Below, in pieces: positions 38,992 to 48,567 of a DNA stretch of 64,000 nt. The notes below the pieces were generated by a model. That model saw nothing but the letters and a program-made list of their open reading frames with translations, made no database searches and was not told where the DNA came from. Made by a program: the position numbers and the translations under genes. Each line of letters begins with the position of its first letter. Position 1 is the stretch's first letter. Source of the stretch: Syntrophales bacterium. GTDB lineage: Bacteria; Desulfobacterota; Syntrophia; Syntrophales; PHBD01. The DNA lies in NCBI GenBank assembly GCA_963668175.1, contig OY764159.1, positions 4,224,001-4,288,000 of the forward strand, given 5' to 3'.

Positions 38992-39057
38992 TTATTTTGA
39001 CGGAAGAAAAATTCTTGAGAGAATGTTCAAGTCTTGATAAGCCCTTTTCTTGAAATA

Positions 39058-39693
39058 TCACTCGCAGAATTCATGAAGTCGCTTAAGATCCTTTATGACC
39101 TCAATATCGGGAGGAAATAGACCTCTGCCTTCGCTGCAGCGGCCGACAAAACGGACTCCGGCGAATCGTGCCCCATCGTAATCTGTCATTGCGTCACCGA
39201 CCATCATCACCGTGTTGCGATCAAATTCATGGGTATTGCATATTCGATTAATGATATCTTTCTTGGTTGACGGAGCACCATGTACCGAAACAAAAAAATG
39301 ATCCATTCCCCTGCATTCCACGATTTCCCTAATTTCTTCATCTGGCGTTCCGGAAGCGACAAACAGGGCAATCCCTCTGTAGAATTCGGATAAGAATTCA
39401 AACGCTCCCGGCACCCAAGGAGCATTTATCACGGCATCCTTCACCAAATTGGAAAATGTTTCTCCCAATGCTTTTTCTTCTTGTAAAGAAAGAGGTTTTT
39501 TTAAGATTACTTCATGAAAATACCTGAATTTCTTCAGGCGTGAAACGCCTCCATTCGCCAAGTGATAATCGATTACCTGGCGGACGACATCGTCACCATA
39601 CCGAGCATACATATCAGCAAAAGCCCTCGTTTTTACATCGACTGATTCTACCAGGACACCATCAAAATCGAAGATAATCACCTTTGTTTTCAT
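39058..39693 (-). CDS. HAD-family phosphatase
   Basis: FDFDGV motif I, SGTP, VGDAMTD. Confidence 0.9.
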   Translation of the reverse strand: MKTKVIIFDFDGVLVESVDVKTRAFADMYARYGDDVVRQVIDYHLANGGVSRLKKFRYFHEVILKKPLSLQEEKALGETFSNLVKDAVINAPWVPGAFEFLSEFYRGIALFVASGTPDEEIREIVECRGMDHFFVSVHGAPSTKKDIINRICNTHEFDRNTVMMVGDAMTDYDGARFAGVRFVGRCSEGRGLFPPDIEVIKDLKRLHEFCE

Positions 39694-40352
39694 GATTCAT
39701 CAATCCATGCCACGACTGAGCAGGGAGCGGCATCGGCCTTTTCAAATCTCATAGGAAGAGCGACGATTTGAATCAAACGTTTCGTATCATCAATTTCGTC
39801 AAGGCTCATGTCTTCAATAAGAACGATATCTCTCTCCAGAAACGCGCGATGCGCATTTCTCCCTTCCTCTCGGTTTGTCAAACTGGAGATGGATATAAAG
39901 TCGATCCCGATTGCTTTCAATTGAGGGTATAGTCTCTTTAAATATATTGCCAGGCTGGATGACAATCCTGGCCCATTTCGCCAGTAACAATCGCAGCCGC
40001 GTTTTTCTTCGAAACCGGTCTTAAGTAAAATAATATCCACCGCAGATGATAGACTCCTTTTCAGCAGATCGTCCGGAGTAATCAACATGCCGGGAGTTAC
40101 AGAAAGACTTACCAACGCTGGTGATTCAAATATCCAATAGTCGGGCGGATAGTCATCTAATGTTCTTCCTCGCTGCAGAAAATGATAGGGCGCGTCGATA
40201 TGCGTGCCAGCGTGATTCGGCAGATTCAAAATGGCAGTATTGCAACTATCTCCTGAGACGATTGATCTATGGGAATTTATACGGAAGTCTTTTTCTCCTC
40301 CGTAAAGGGGGGTGGAGGAAGATAGTATATGTGACAGCCAGACGAGTCTCAT
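39690..40352 (-). CDS. Cyclase family (kynurenine formamidase-like) metallo-hydrolase
   Basis: HAGTHIDAPYH, GIDFISI, IED motifs. Confidence 0.88.
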   Translation of the reverse strand: MRLVWLSHILSSSTPLYGGEKDFRINSHRSIVSGDSCNTAILNLPNHAGTHIDAPYHFLQRGRTLDDYPPDYWIFESPALVSLSVTPGMLITPDDLLKRSLSSAVDIILLKTGFEEKRGCDCYWRNGPGLSSSLAIYLKRLYPQLKAIGIDFISISSLTNREEGRNAHRAFLERDIVLIEDMSLDEIDDTKRLIQIVALPMRFEKADAAPCSVVAWIDES

Positions 40353-40412
40353 AGGTGAATATGAATAAATACGCTATTGCCGATCGCACTATGACTGATA
40401 GTAAATCAGCCC

Positions 40413-41294
40413 TTACGCTTCTCTACCATTATAGACCTCCTCGATAAGATCTAGAATCCCCTGACCGATATCGACGAACACACTGGGCACCATCTTTTTA
40501 CCTTCCCGAGGAGTGAAACGATAAGGGGTCATGTCGTAATGTGCCGAATCGCGTCCCTCTTTCTTAAAATCTATACTTATCTTCTCTCCGAGTATTTCTT
40601 GGATCATTCTGAGAAGTTCTCGGGAATTAAGTGCATGTGTACCGGTAATTGTTAATCGTTCATTTGCAAACTGCTGTTCCAGAGCGACAACGCTCAGTTC
40701 GGCCGCATCCTTCACGTGGATGTATTCACGCCTCTCATCACCACTCCCGGGATATATGATACGACCTTCACGGACTGCTTGAGTTACATACTTCTTCATG
40801 CCATTCCATTCCTGCGATCTCGGTCCATAAAGTGAACCGTAACGGAGGATTGTATAATCAAGACCGAATTGCTCATGATATGTATCAAGCATATGCTCGA
40901 CAGCTTGCTTGCTGACCCTATAAAATGATCCTTGCTGGCTGTATACATATATCGTCGAGGCATATATGAGACGCTCAACACCCGCCTTCAAAGAAGCGTC
41001 AAATACGATGGAACTGCCTATAATATTCTGTTCCAGTGTTTCCCTGGGAGAGGTTACCGCCATGCCAATATCAGCGATACCAGCCATATGGTATACGAAG
41101 CGAGCATCTGCCAGACAATTACTGATACTCTCCTCATTCATGATATCGCCAATGACCATCTCCTGCCCGGGACGCAGCCAAGCCGAGGGTCGCACGTCAA
41201 ATATGCAGACGTCATAACCGTTATCTGTCAATGCATCTGCAATATGACTCCCGAGAAAACCTGAACCACCTATCACGACCACCTTATTCTTCAT
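40413..41294 (-). CDS. NAD-dependent epimerase/dehydratase
   Basis: GGSGFLG, YRVSK, RYGSLYG. Confidence 0.88.
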   Translation of the reverse strand: MKNKVVVIGGSGFLGSHIADALTDNGYDVCIFDVRPSAWLRPGQEMVIGDIMNEESISNCLADARFVYHMAGIADIGMAVTSPRETLEQNIIGSSIVFDASLKAGVERLIYASTIYVYSQQGSFYRVSKQAVEHMLDTYHEQFGLDYTILRYGSLYGPRSQEWNGMKKYVTQAVREGRIIYPGSGDERREYIHVKDAAELSVVALEQQFANERLTITGTHALNSRELLRMIQEILGEKISIDFKKEGRDSAHYDMTPYRFTPREGKKMVPSVFVDIGQGILDLIEEVYNGREA

Positions 41295-42217
41295 ATCAAA
41301 CCCGACTCCTTTAATCCGATAAACAGATTCGCAATTGCATCTCTTTCCATTTTTATTCTTGCCTCGCGGGCATAGGATCCAATGTGAGGAGTCAGCAAAA
41401 CCCGCTCAGAATCCATAAGACAACCATAATATGGTTCCTCATTAAATACATCAAGACAAGCAAAACCGATCTGCCCGTCTGACAGGCACTCCCGCAGGGC
41501 CTGTTCATCTATTAGACTTCCTCGAGCCGTATTCACCAACAGAACACCCTTCCGGCAGGCCCTCAATTCTACTCTACCGAGAATCACGTTCTTGCCGCTC
41601 GCATGCAGAGAGACAATATCCGACTTTCCGAGAAGCTCGACCAATGATACGGGCCTTGCATCTTCAGATTCAGTCATCTGTTGAGGGTCATAATATATAA
41701 CATTTGCGAAGAATGCCCGAACCAGTGATCCGACCCGCTGTCCTATCTCGCCGAATCCGATAATCCCGACAGTTTTTCCCTCCAGAAGTGACCCCATATG
41801 TTTTTCCCATTTATTCTCACGAATAAGCCTGTCATGCAGGCTTATTTTCCGCAGGGCGGACAGGATCAGTCCCAAGGTAAGTTCGGCAACCGACTGCGTC
41901 AGTACCCCAGTTGTTCTGTAAACACGAATGCCGAAGGATCCCGCCGCATCTCTATCAACATTGTCCCAGCCAACACCAACCCTGGAAATAACCTTCAGAA
42001 ATCCACATGCCTTTTCGATCGTGCCCCGGGTAATTGATTCAGTACCTGCCAACATTCCGATAGGCCGATACTGCAATAGAAGCTCCATGAGTTCCTCTTC
42101 CCGGAGCGCTCTCTTATGATGATTCAATATAGGATTACATCCGACATCGCGGAGAGAATCAAGCATTTCTGGTATTTCTAATCCGAATGACGATGTTGTT
42201 ATCAGTATATTAGGCAT
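41291..42217 (-). CDS. D-2-hydroxyacid dehydrogenase (phosphoglycerate dehydrogenase-like, no ACT domain)
   Basis: SRVGVG.DN, GFGEIG, NTARG, LDVF..EP, TPHIGS. Confidence 0.88.
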   Translation of the reverse strand: MPNILITTSSFGLEIPEMLDSLRDVGCNPILNHHKRALREEELMELLLQYRPIGMLAGTESITRGTIEKACGFLKVISRVGVGWDNVDRDAAGSFGIRVYRTTGVLTQSVAELTLGLILSALRKISLHDRLIRENKWEKHMGSLLEGKTVGIIGFGEIGQRVGSLVRAFFANVIYYDPQQMTESEDARPVSLVELLGKSDIVSLHASGKNVILGRVELRACRKGVLLVNTARGSLIDEQALRECLSDGQIGFACLDVFNEEPYYGCLMDSERVLLTPHIGSYAREARIKMERDAIANLFIGLKESGLI

Positions 42218-42231
42218 GAGATAATTTTCAG

Positions 42232-43098
42232 TTACCAGCTCCTGTAATATTTTGAATCGTCGCTACTCTTTTTCAAAATAACACCGTAAAATCCTTCAAA
42301 GTCAAGTCTCCGCCATAGGTATTTTGTCCAGGAGAGGAGACCCGACGAAGGGTATTGTTTGTAAAGATCACGGGCGGCAACCTCCCAGCCGGAGAAGCGA
42401 AAAATCAGGTCCCAATCTCCAGGACAGAGTTCAAAAATATGGGTATTTTCCGCCCATACCTCCTGCTGCAAGTTGTTTCTGAGATGATGGAGACCAACCC
42501 TACTCGTCCTTAAATAAGGAACGGTAATAACGAAATAGGAACAGGCAGCGTGCACGGCCATTGAATGCAGAAAGCTTACGGGATCAAAAAGATGCTCCAG
42601 CATTTGAAAAGAGAGGAATACATCTGCCGATACGCCTCCGTTTACCAGATGCAGCTCTTCCGCACGGCATTGCATGGCATCAAGCCCCTGAGCCTTGATC
42701 TTCCTGACTGCCTCCGGGTCGAGATTAACGGACATCGATTTTAGCTCTATGCTGTAATTTTCTTTCAGACCTTCCAAATATCGCAAATGCGTGCCGGATG
42801 AGTCGCCTATATCGACAATCTTTATCTTTCGTTCGCATGTCTTGTTAATGAGCAATTCTATTGCCTTCAAGGTCAGACTTGTTTGAAATGTGTGCTGGGC
42901 GCGAACCTTGGTATTTATATAATTGTCTTTACTGTCTATGCGAAATGTTGTGTACTGCTCAGATATGTCTGGTACGATTGATGTTAACCTGTTTTTCAGG
43001 CTGGTCTCGCCTCGCTCTTCAGTACTCTGCACAAGCGAATGGATTAGGATATTATGGATTCTCCCTGCAATAGCCTTTTTAATGGATCGCATAACCAA
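42232..43098 (-). CDS. Class I SAM-methyltransferase-like protein
   Basis: VDIGDSSG, FQMLEHLFDP, ITVP; start TTG 43098 or ATG 43092. Confidence 0.65.
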   Translation of the reverse strand: MVMRSIKKAIAGRIHNILIHSLVQSTEERGETSLKNRLTSIVPDISEQYTTFRIDSKDNYINTKVRAQHTFQTSLTLKAIELLINKTCERKIKIVDIGDSSGTHLRYLEGLKENYSIELKSMSVNLDPEAVRKIKAQGLDAMQCRAEELHLVNGGVSADVFLSFQMLEHLFDPVSFLHSMAVHAACSYFVITVPYLRTSRVGLHHLRNNLQQEVWAENTHIFELCPGDWDLIFRFSGWEVAARDLYKQYPSSGLLSWTKYLWRRLDFEGFYGVILKKSSDDSKYYRSW

Positions 43099-43117
43099 TT
43101 AAATTTACCACAAAAGT

Positions 43118-43180
43118 CTAATCACTGCCAGCAACTGTAATTATCTCGCCTGTCACGAAGCCCGCGGTCTCTGACATGAG
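43118..43180 (-). pseudogene. Remnant C-terminus of a classical SDR (FabG-like) gene
   Basis: Minus-strand reading LMSETAGFVTGEIITVAGSD-stop; in-frame stop seven codons upstream. Confidence 0.5.
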
Positions 43181-43462
43181 ATGAGATCTTTGCACAACTC
43201 ATCATTTATTCATTCTCACTTCACGAATCTGATGTTTCATGACTTGTCCTAATGAACATATCATATTGATTTATGTGGCATATTTTCTTCATATTTATCT
43301 CACCGGAAGAAATCGCGGCTTCAAGAAAATGAAAAACAACCTCACATTCTCATGTGCTGCAACTTTCAAGGGAGCGGTTTGCCTTTTGATAAACAGCGGC
43401 CTTAACCACCAGCTATCAGCTTTGATCATCAATCGCAGCATTGCGTTTTTGTTATAATACTA

Positions 43463-44242
43463 TCAGCAGTTCTGCTTCAGATATAAGTTCCTTAACTTAT
43501 CTCCTGCCATCAGCTGTTCTACTTTTTCCAAATCAGCTTGGTTATCAACGCTTAACGATTCCGCATCCGTCATTACCATATGTACATGTTCTCCATGCTC
43601 AATGATTCTCATCATATCAACAGATTCAATTTTCTCTAAAGGCGTTGGAGGCATCGAATTGAATTTCAGCAGGTAATCCCTCCGAAAAGGAATAATGCAA
43701 ACCTGTTTAAGCATCGGGACATCCGGAACCCCTTTTTTCCTGGACGGAATAGGCTCACGTGAAAAATAGAGTGCGGTACCGTTCATTCCGACTACCACCT
43801 TAACTTCGTTAGGATCTTCAAACTCCGCCGGTGACTTAATCGATGCCATCAAGTTAACGACGTTGATGGAAGAATCTTTGAGCATCGGCGTAATAGACTG
43901 TTCTATCATTTCCGGTGTGACCATAGGTTCATCGCCTTGAACCATCACTACTATATCCACTTTGCCTCCGATATCTGCCTCAATCTTGAGCATGGCCTCG
44001 GAAGTTCGATCCGTACAGCGCTCATGCGTATCGGCAGTTATAATGGCTTTTCCTCCAACGCTCTCAATATAGTCATATATCTCCCGATCACAGGTTGCTA
44101 TATATGTTTCTGTCAACAGCTTACACAAACGTGTCCTAAAATATACATGCCCGATCATGGGCATCCCATGAATGAGCGCCATAGGCTTTCCCGGAAAGCG
44201 CGAAGAGGCCATCCGAGCAGGAATAATGGCTACGATATTCAT
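43463..44242 (-). CDS. kdsB: CMP-Kdo synthetase-family cytidylyltransferase
   Basis: IPARMASSRFPGKP, QGDEP, YFSREPIP, LEKIES; RBS AAGGAGG. Confidence 0.88.
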   Translation of the reverse strand: MNIVAIIPARMASSRFPGKPMALIHGMPMIGHVYFRTRLCKLLTETYIATCDREIYDYIESVGGKAIITADTHERCTDRTSEAMLKIEADIGGKVDIVVMVQGDEPMVTPEMIEQSITPMLKDSSINVVNLMASIKSPAEFEDPNEVKVVVGMNGTALYFSREPIPSRKKGVPDVPMLKQVCIIPFRRDYLLKFNSMPPTPLEKIESVDMMRIIEHGEHVHMVMTDAESLSVDNQADLEKVEQLMAGDKLRNLYLKQNC

Positions 44243-44518
44243 ATGCCTCCTTTCATTTTTCTAATTTTATTATTTACAACTTAACGCTGTACTTCTCATG
44301 CACAAGAAGTTCTAAGTCTATTATATAAAACGGATTTTAGCATGTGCCGCATTGTTTACAGTGTTCCATACATGACCGGATTCATTTGATCTTTAATTTA
44401 TTATATAAGATTCATTAAATCACTATAAGAAGATACTTCATTCTGATGTTAAGAATGCCTTTAATGAAAATATTATATACCTGCAATCTTGCTTAAGGAT
44501 AATTTTTGTATCACGATA

Positions 44519-45904
44519 CTAAAATACAGGTAAGTTTGCTGCGGTCACCCGTGGGTCCTTGCGGACTGAAGTCGGAACAGGAAAGCCATTTGCTCTTAAA
44601 TGATCCTGGATCTCGTTTTCAGCTTTTTCCTTTAATGTGAATAATTCCTCATTAGACATATCCGTTAAATTAACTAAAAAGTCCCTGACTTCACCTACAA
44701 GTTCCAGATAAACATCCTCGTTTTTAATCAGTCCCTTTTGTCGAGCATAATCATAAAGGGTGGTTCCTGGAATTGGCGTCACAAAAAAGAATTCGCCACC
44801 CACCATATTTTCCTTGCAAAACTCTACAGTTTCCTGAAGAGTCTGTGGCGTCTCACAGGGCATCCCGATCATGAAATAAGCTCTCACCTCAATGCCGGCT
44901 TCTCGTGTCCAGCGGATTGCCTTACGCGCTTGCTCTGGCGTAACGCGTTTATCCATATATTCGAGGACTTCAGGGCTAGCACTTTCTATTCCGTAAGCCA
45001 AGAAAATACATCCTGCATGTCCCATGCGCTGCAACACTTCTTTGCGCACAAAATCGGCACGTACATTAGCCGACCAAGTAATGCGTGGAAACCGTTTCTC
45101 AAACATGTCGCAAATCTCTTCTGTGCGGGAAGTGGATGTAACAAATGTATCATCTAGAAAATGAATGTGCTCTATACTATAAGTATTTATGAGATATTCG
45201 ATTTCACACGCTATATTTTCAGCAGACCGCATTCTTAAACGCCGTCCGAAATTACACATGCAATATATGCATTTGCCGGGGCATCCGCGTGTAGAAAAGA
45301 TGCTCATTCCGTTCTTGCGACCGCAACGGAACAAGAAATTCTTTGTATAAACTGGCATTTGATCAATCAGATGCCAGGCAGGCAATGGAATCACATTGAT
45401 ATCCGCAATAGGAGTTCGTGGCGCCGTATGCATGATTAAACCATTACCCTTGTTAAAAACAATGCCTTCGCAAAATTCTAGCGAATCATTATCGTCGATT
45501 CTTTGCACCAATTCCTTAACCGTCTCCTCACCTTCCCCCACAGTCACAATGTCTGCGGAACAATGCTGTAAATACATCTCTGGCATAGAAGTCGGTCCCG
45601 GACCTCCCATAACCAAAGGAACTTTCGGTGCCACAGCCTTTAAAATCCGTCCCAAGTCTTTAACTTTTCGATATTGCGTAATTATACTGGATACCCCAAT
45701 CATCCCAAGATTCTTTTCTTTCTTGATGGCATCAAGTAGCTGCGCTTTGCCGTTATCCCTGTTTAAATTCAAGTCAAATATCCTTACTTTATGCCCAGCA
45801 GCAGACAAACTAGCCGCAATATATGCCAGACCTAATGGCGGCATAGATGGCGGCATAAATTCACGGTCAATCGGATAAATTAGAAATACTTTCATAAACC
45901 TCAC
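44519..45904 (-). CDS. Cobalamin-dependent radical SAM protein (class B methyltransferase-like); start may be 45895
   Basis: PPLGLAYIA, GGP, GEGE B12-binding domain; RGCPGKCIYC; DDTF, GIES, FMIGMP.ET. Confidence 0.9.
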   Translation of the reverse strand: MRFMKVFLIYPIDREFMPPSMPPLGLAYIAASLSAAGHKVRIFDLNLNRDNGKAQLLDAIKKEKNLGMIGVSSIITQYRKVKDLGRILKAVAPKVPLVMGGPGPTSMPEMYLQHCSADIVTVGEGEETVKELVQRIDDNDSLEFCEGIVFNKGNGLIMHTAPRTPIADINVIPLPAWHLIDQMPVYTKNFLFRCGRKNGMSIFSTRGCPGKCIYCMCNFGRRLRMRSAENIACEIEYLINTYSIEHIHFLDDTFVTSTSRTEEICDMFEKRFPRITWSANVRADFVRKEVLQRMGHAGCIFLAYGIESASPEVLEYMDKRVTPEQARKAIRWTREAGIEVRAYFMIGMPCETPQTLQETVEFCKENMVGGEFFFVTPIPGTTLYDYARQKGLIKNEDVYLELVGEVRDFLVNLTDMSNEELFTLKEKAENEIQDHLRANGFPVPTSVRKDPRVTAANLPVF

Positions 45905-46056
45905 ACTATCAGCAGGAATAACAGGAACGATCTTAATAAATCATTCCATAAAAAATCAATACCTCGATTTTTACCAGACTTCCCATTCAATCAACCAGTA
46001 AAACTTTCCAATAAATTTTGATTAAACAATCTCCGCACCGATAACTACAAAATAAT

Positions 46057-46821
46057 TCAATTGCTTCCCTTTAGTGAATTTAATCCTTCGCGGCAAGCAC
46101 ATTCAAGCATCCTGATATCAAGACTGTATGCTATAAATCTGTAATTATCTTTAATTCTCTCTTGAAGCTCAACTACATCCGGTTCAATAACATGAATGCC
46201 AGGTACCTTTCCGGAAGCAACTCCGTCGCGTCTTATTATGCCCATCGCTTTCTTCATATCTGGATGTTCAAAATCTCCCGGTATACCCAATGATCCCGAT
46301 AAATCGTAAGGTCCTACAATAAAGCCGTCTACACCGTCAACAGCCAGAATCGCAGACAGATTTTGTACAGCCTGAATATGCTCAATCTGTACAATTACGA
46401 TTACTTTACTTTGCAACCATGCCTTATATGAACCAAAAGCTGCGCCATAACCCTGCGCCCGCGCCAATCCTACACCTCTTTTTCCCTGCGGAGGATAACG
46501 AACGGAAGCAACAGCCTGCTCTGCTTCTGCAACGGAATTCACCATGGGCACGATAACGCCGTGAGCACCTGCATCCATGACTCTTTTTATCTGCACAGGA
46601 TCATTTTTTGAAAGGCGAACGAGTGGCGTAACATCACAAAGATCAATTATACGGATCAATTCTTCGGCTTCGCGTATTGTTATTACGCTGTGTTCAAGGT
46701 CAACAGCCAGCCAGTCAAAACCGGCCCTAGCCATTATTTCCGCTATCGCCGGATGGGCCAAAGTTATCCAGGAACCGACGGCGGGTTTTCCGCTACTCAT
46801 TTTTTCTTTTAAATCTTTCAT
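46057..46821 (-). CDS. HpcH/HpaI (GarL-like) class II pyruvate aldolase
   Basis: GFDWLAVDLEH, MDAGAHG, YPPQGKRG, QIEH, GPYDLS. Confidence 0.9.
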   Translation of the reverse strand: MKDLKEKMSSGKPAVGSWITLAHPAIAEIMARAGFDWLAVDLEHSVITIREAEELIRIIDLCDVTPLVRLSKNDPVQIKRVMDAGAHGVIVPMVNSVAEAEQAVASVRYPPQGKRGVGLARAQGYGAAFGSYKAWLQSKVIVIVQIEHIQAVQNLSAILAVDGVDGFIVGPYDLSGSLGIPGDFEHPDMKKAMGIIRRDGVASGKVPGIHVIEPDVVELQERIKDNYRFIAYSLDIRMLECACREGLNSLKGSN

Positions 46822-46956
46822 TTTATTCTTTCTTTAAAATTTATTTTTTATTAAATAAGGAACAGCTAATATTACCTCCGCTGTTATCCTATAACTTTTC
46901 CTTCGCCAACATGCAATTTCAATTTCTCCAATAGCTTAACTTTTTGAAATCTCCTC

Positions 46957-46982
46957 TTGAGAAATCGGTTTGAGAAATCGGT
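46957..46982. repeat. Perfect 13-bp tandem duplication
   Basis: ttgagaaatcggt present twice in tandem. Confidence 0.85.
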
Positions 46983-47058
46983 CCCAAAACCGATTCTTGC
47001 AAAATATACTGTTGTTCGAAGGTCTCATGCAGTCACCTTTTCATCAATTTCATAAAAT

Positions 47059-48543
47059 TTAAATAGCCTCGCGCCTGATACCATTAATAATTGTACACCT
47101 GATTTGCCAGTACCGCATATTCTTCTTTTTAAAAATTGTATCTAATAATACTATATATATCATAATCAAGCTAATTTTAATCATTATCATTAATGTCATA
47201 TGCACTTGGATCTTTTGAAGTATAAATATAGCTATAATAACCGCTACAAGTGGAACAGCATTAGCCATAATGGCATATTCTGTTTTATGTAGTTTTTGTG
47301 ACATATAATATGTAGTAAACAGAATAACGAGCTCAGAGCACACCTTTGCATATGCAGCACCATACATATTGTATTTTGGTATAAGTATATAATTCATATA
47401 ACCATTGAGAAATGCCGCCAAAATAAAAGACAAAGGAAACCACACCGTTTGATTTTTATAAACAAATTTCAGCTGAAAAAAACCCGTCAGCTCCGCGAAA
47501 ACAATACTTAGAGTGAATATGGGTACTATCTTATAACACTCATGAAACCTCTGGTTCATTAGAATCGAAACAATTTCTTTACTGAATAAAGAAATCAGAA
47601 AGTATAATAATATGGATATCTGAAAGAACAAAGCAAAAGATTCCTGAATATCCTTCTGTATTCTTTCGTGATTTGAGTCCAATCTCTTGCTTATCTCCGT
47701 TTTCATCGTGATTGCTATAGGCCTAGAAAAAAATGAATACTGATTCGCCAGATTTGTCCCAGCCGTGTAGATGCCAACTGAGCTTATGGAATGAATATTG
47801 TTAAGAAATATCTTATCTATTCGATCCTGAATCCACCCAGCAAAATTCAGCGGCACAAGCGGCAACGAATATACCATCGCTTCCTTGAATATTTTCATTT
47901 TCTCCAGCCGGAAGGACAGCCATTCCCTTAAACTCCACAGAGCATATATCGTAACGAATACTTGAACCATTAGCTGGAGAACCAGGATATCCCAAACGCT
48001 AAATCTAAAAATTGTCAATCCGACTATTTGGGCCGGCATAAATAGAATAAAATTTGCCATATCGATAAAAAAGTATTTTTTATTGAGCTGCAAGTTCAAC
48101 AGAGTACCCGTTGCGTATCCTTGAACACTCATTAGAAAGCCTGTCGCTATGGGAATATAATAGAAAATGTGTCTCGGCGGATCAATCGTTCCTATTACCA
48201 AATCCGCAATTTCTTCCATGAATATCGACGCGATGATGGACCCTACCAAAGAAAACATTATTGTGTACGCCAGCAAAGCACCGAGTCGCTCTTTACACTC
48301 TTTCGGATCTGTTCTTTCATACTTAAAAATCATCCGGCCGGCGAAAGAATGCAGTCCCATTCCGAAAGTGCCGCTCAGCAGCGCCTGGACGACGGTAAAG
48401 ATCGCGATAATCCCGAAGTCTTTAGGGGAAAGATAGTACGTAATGACCGGTAACAGAAACAGTGATACAATCTTAATCATTACCTGAGATGCAGTCAGCC
48501 AGGCAAAATTCTTTATGTGAAAAGTGAAGTTTTTAATATCCAC
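47059..48543 (-). CDS. wzx: Oligosaccharide flippase
   Basis: YLSPKDFG, YSLPLVP, IDK, VGIY, LIPKY..YGAA; many TM segments. Confidence 0.88.
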   Translation of the reverse strand: MDIKNFTFHIKNFAWLTASQVMIKIVSLFLLPVITYYLSPKDFGIIAIFTVVQALLSGTFGMGLHSFAGRMIFKYERTDPKECKERLGALLAYTIMFSLVGSIIASIFMEEIADLVIGTIDPPRHIFYYIPIATGFLMSVQGYATGTLLNLQLNKKYFFIDMANFILFMPAQIVGLTIFRFSVWDILVLQLMVQVFVTIYALWSLREWLSFRLEKMKIFKEAMVYSLPLVPLNFAGWIQDRIDKIFLNNIHSISSVGIYTAGTNLANQYSFFSRPIAITMKTEISKRLDSNHERIQKDIQESFALFFQISILLYFLISLFSKEIVSILMNQRFHECYKIVPIFTLSIVFAELTGFFQLKFVYKNQTVWFPLSFILAAFLNGYMNYILIPKYNMYGAAYAKVCSELVILFTTYYMSQKLHKTEYAIMANAVPLVAVIIAIFILQKIQVHMTLMIMIKISLIMIYIVLLDTIFKKKNMRYWQIRCTIINGIRREAI

Positions 48544-48567
48544 TCTACTAAATGCTCATGAAAACGT

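Noticed and set aside
43239..43457. 72-aa plus-strand ORF in the gap before kdsB
   Set aside because: Opposite to the locus orientation, AT-rich, no clear RBS or motif
44338..44375. Minus-strand MEHCKQCGTC micro-frame
   Set aside because: Too short to distinguish from chance
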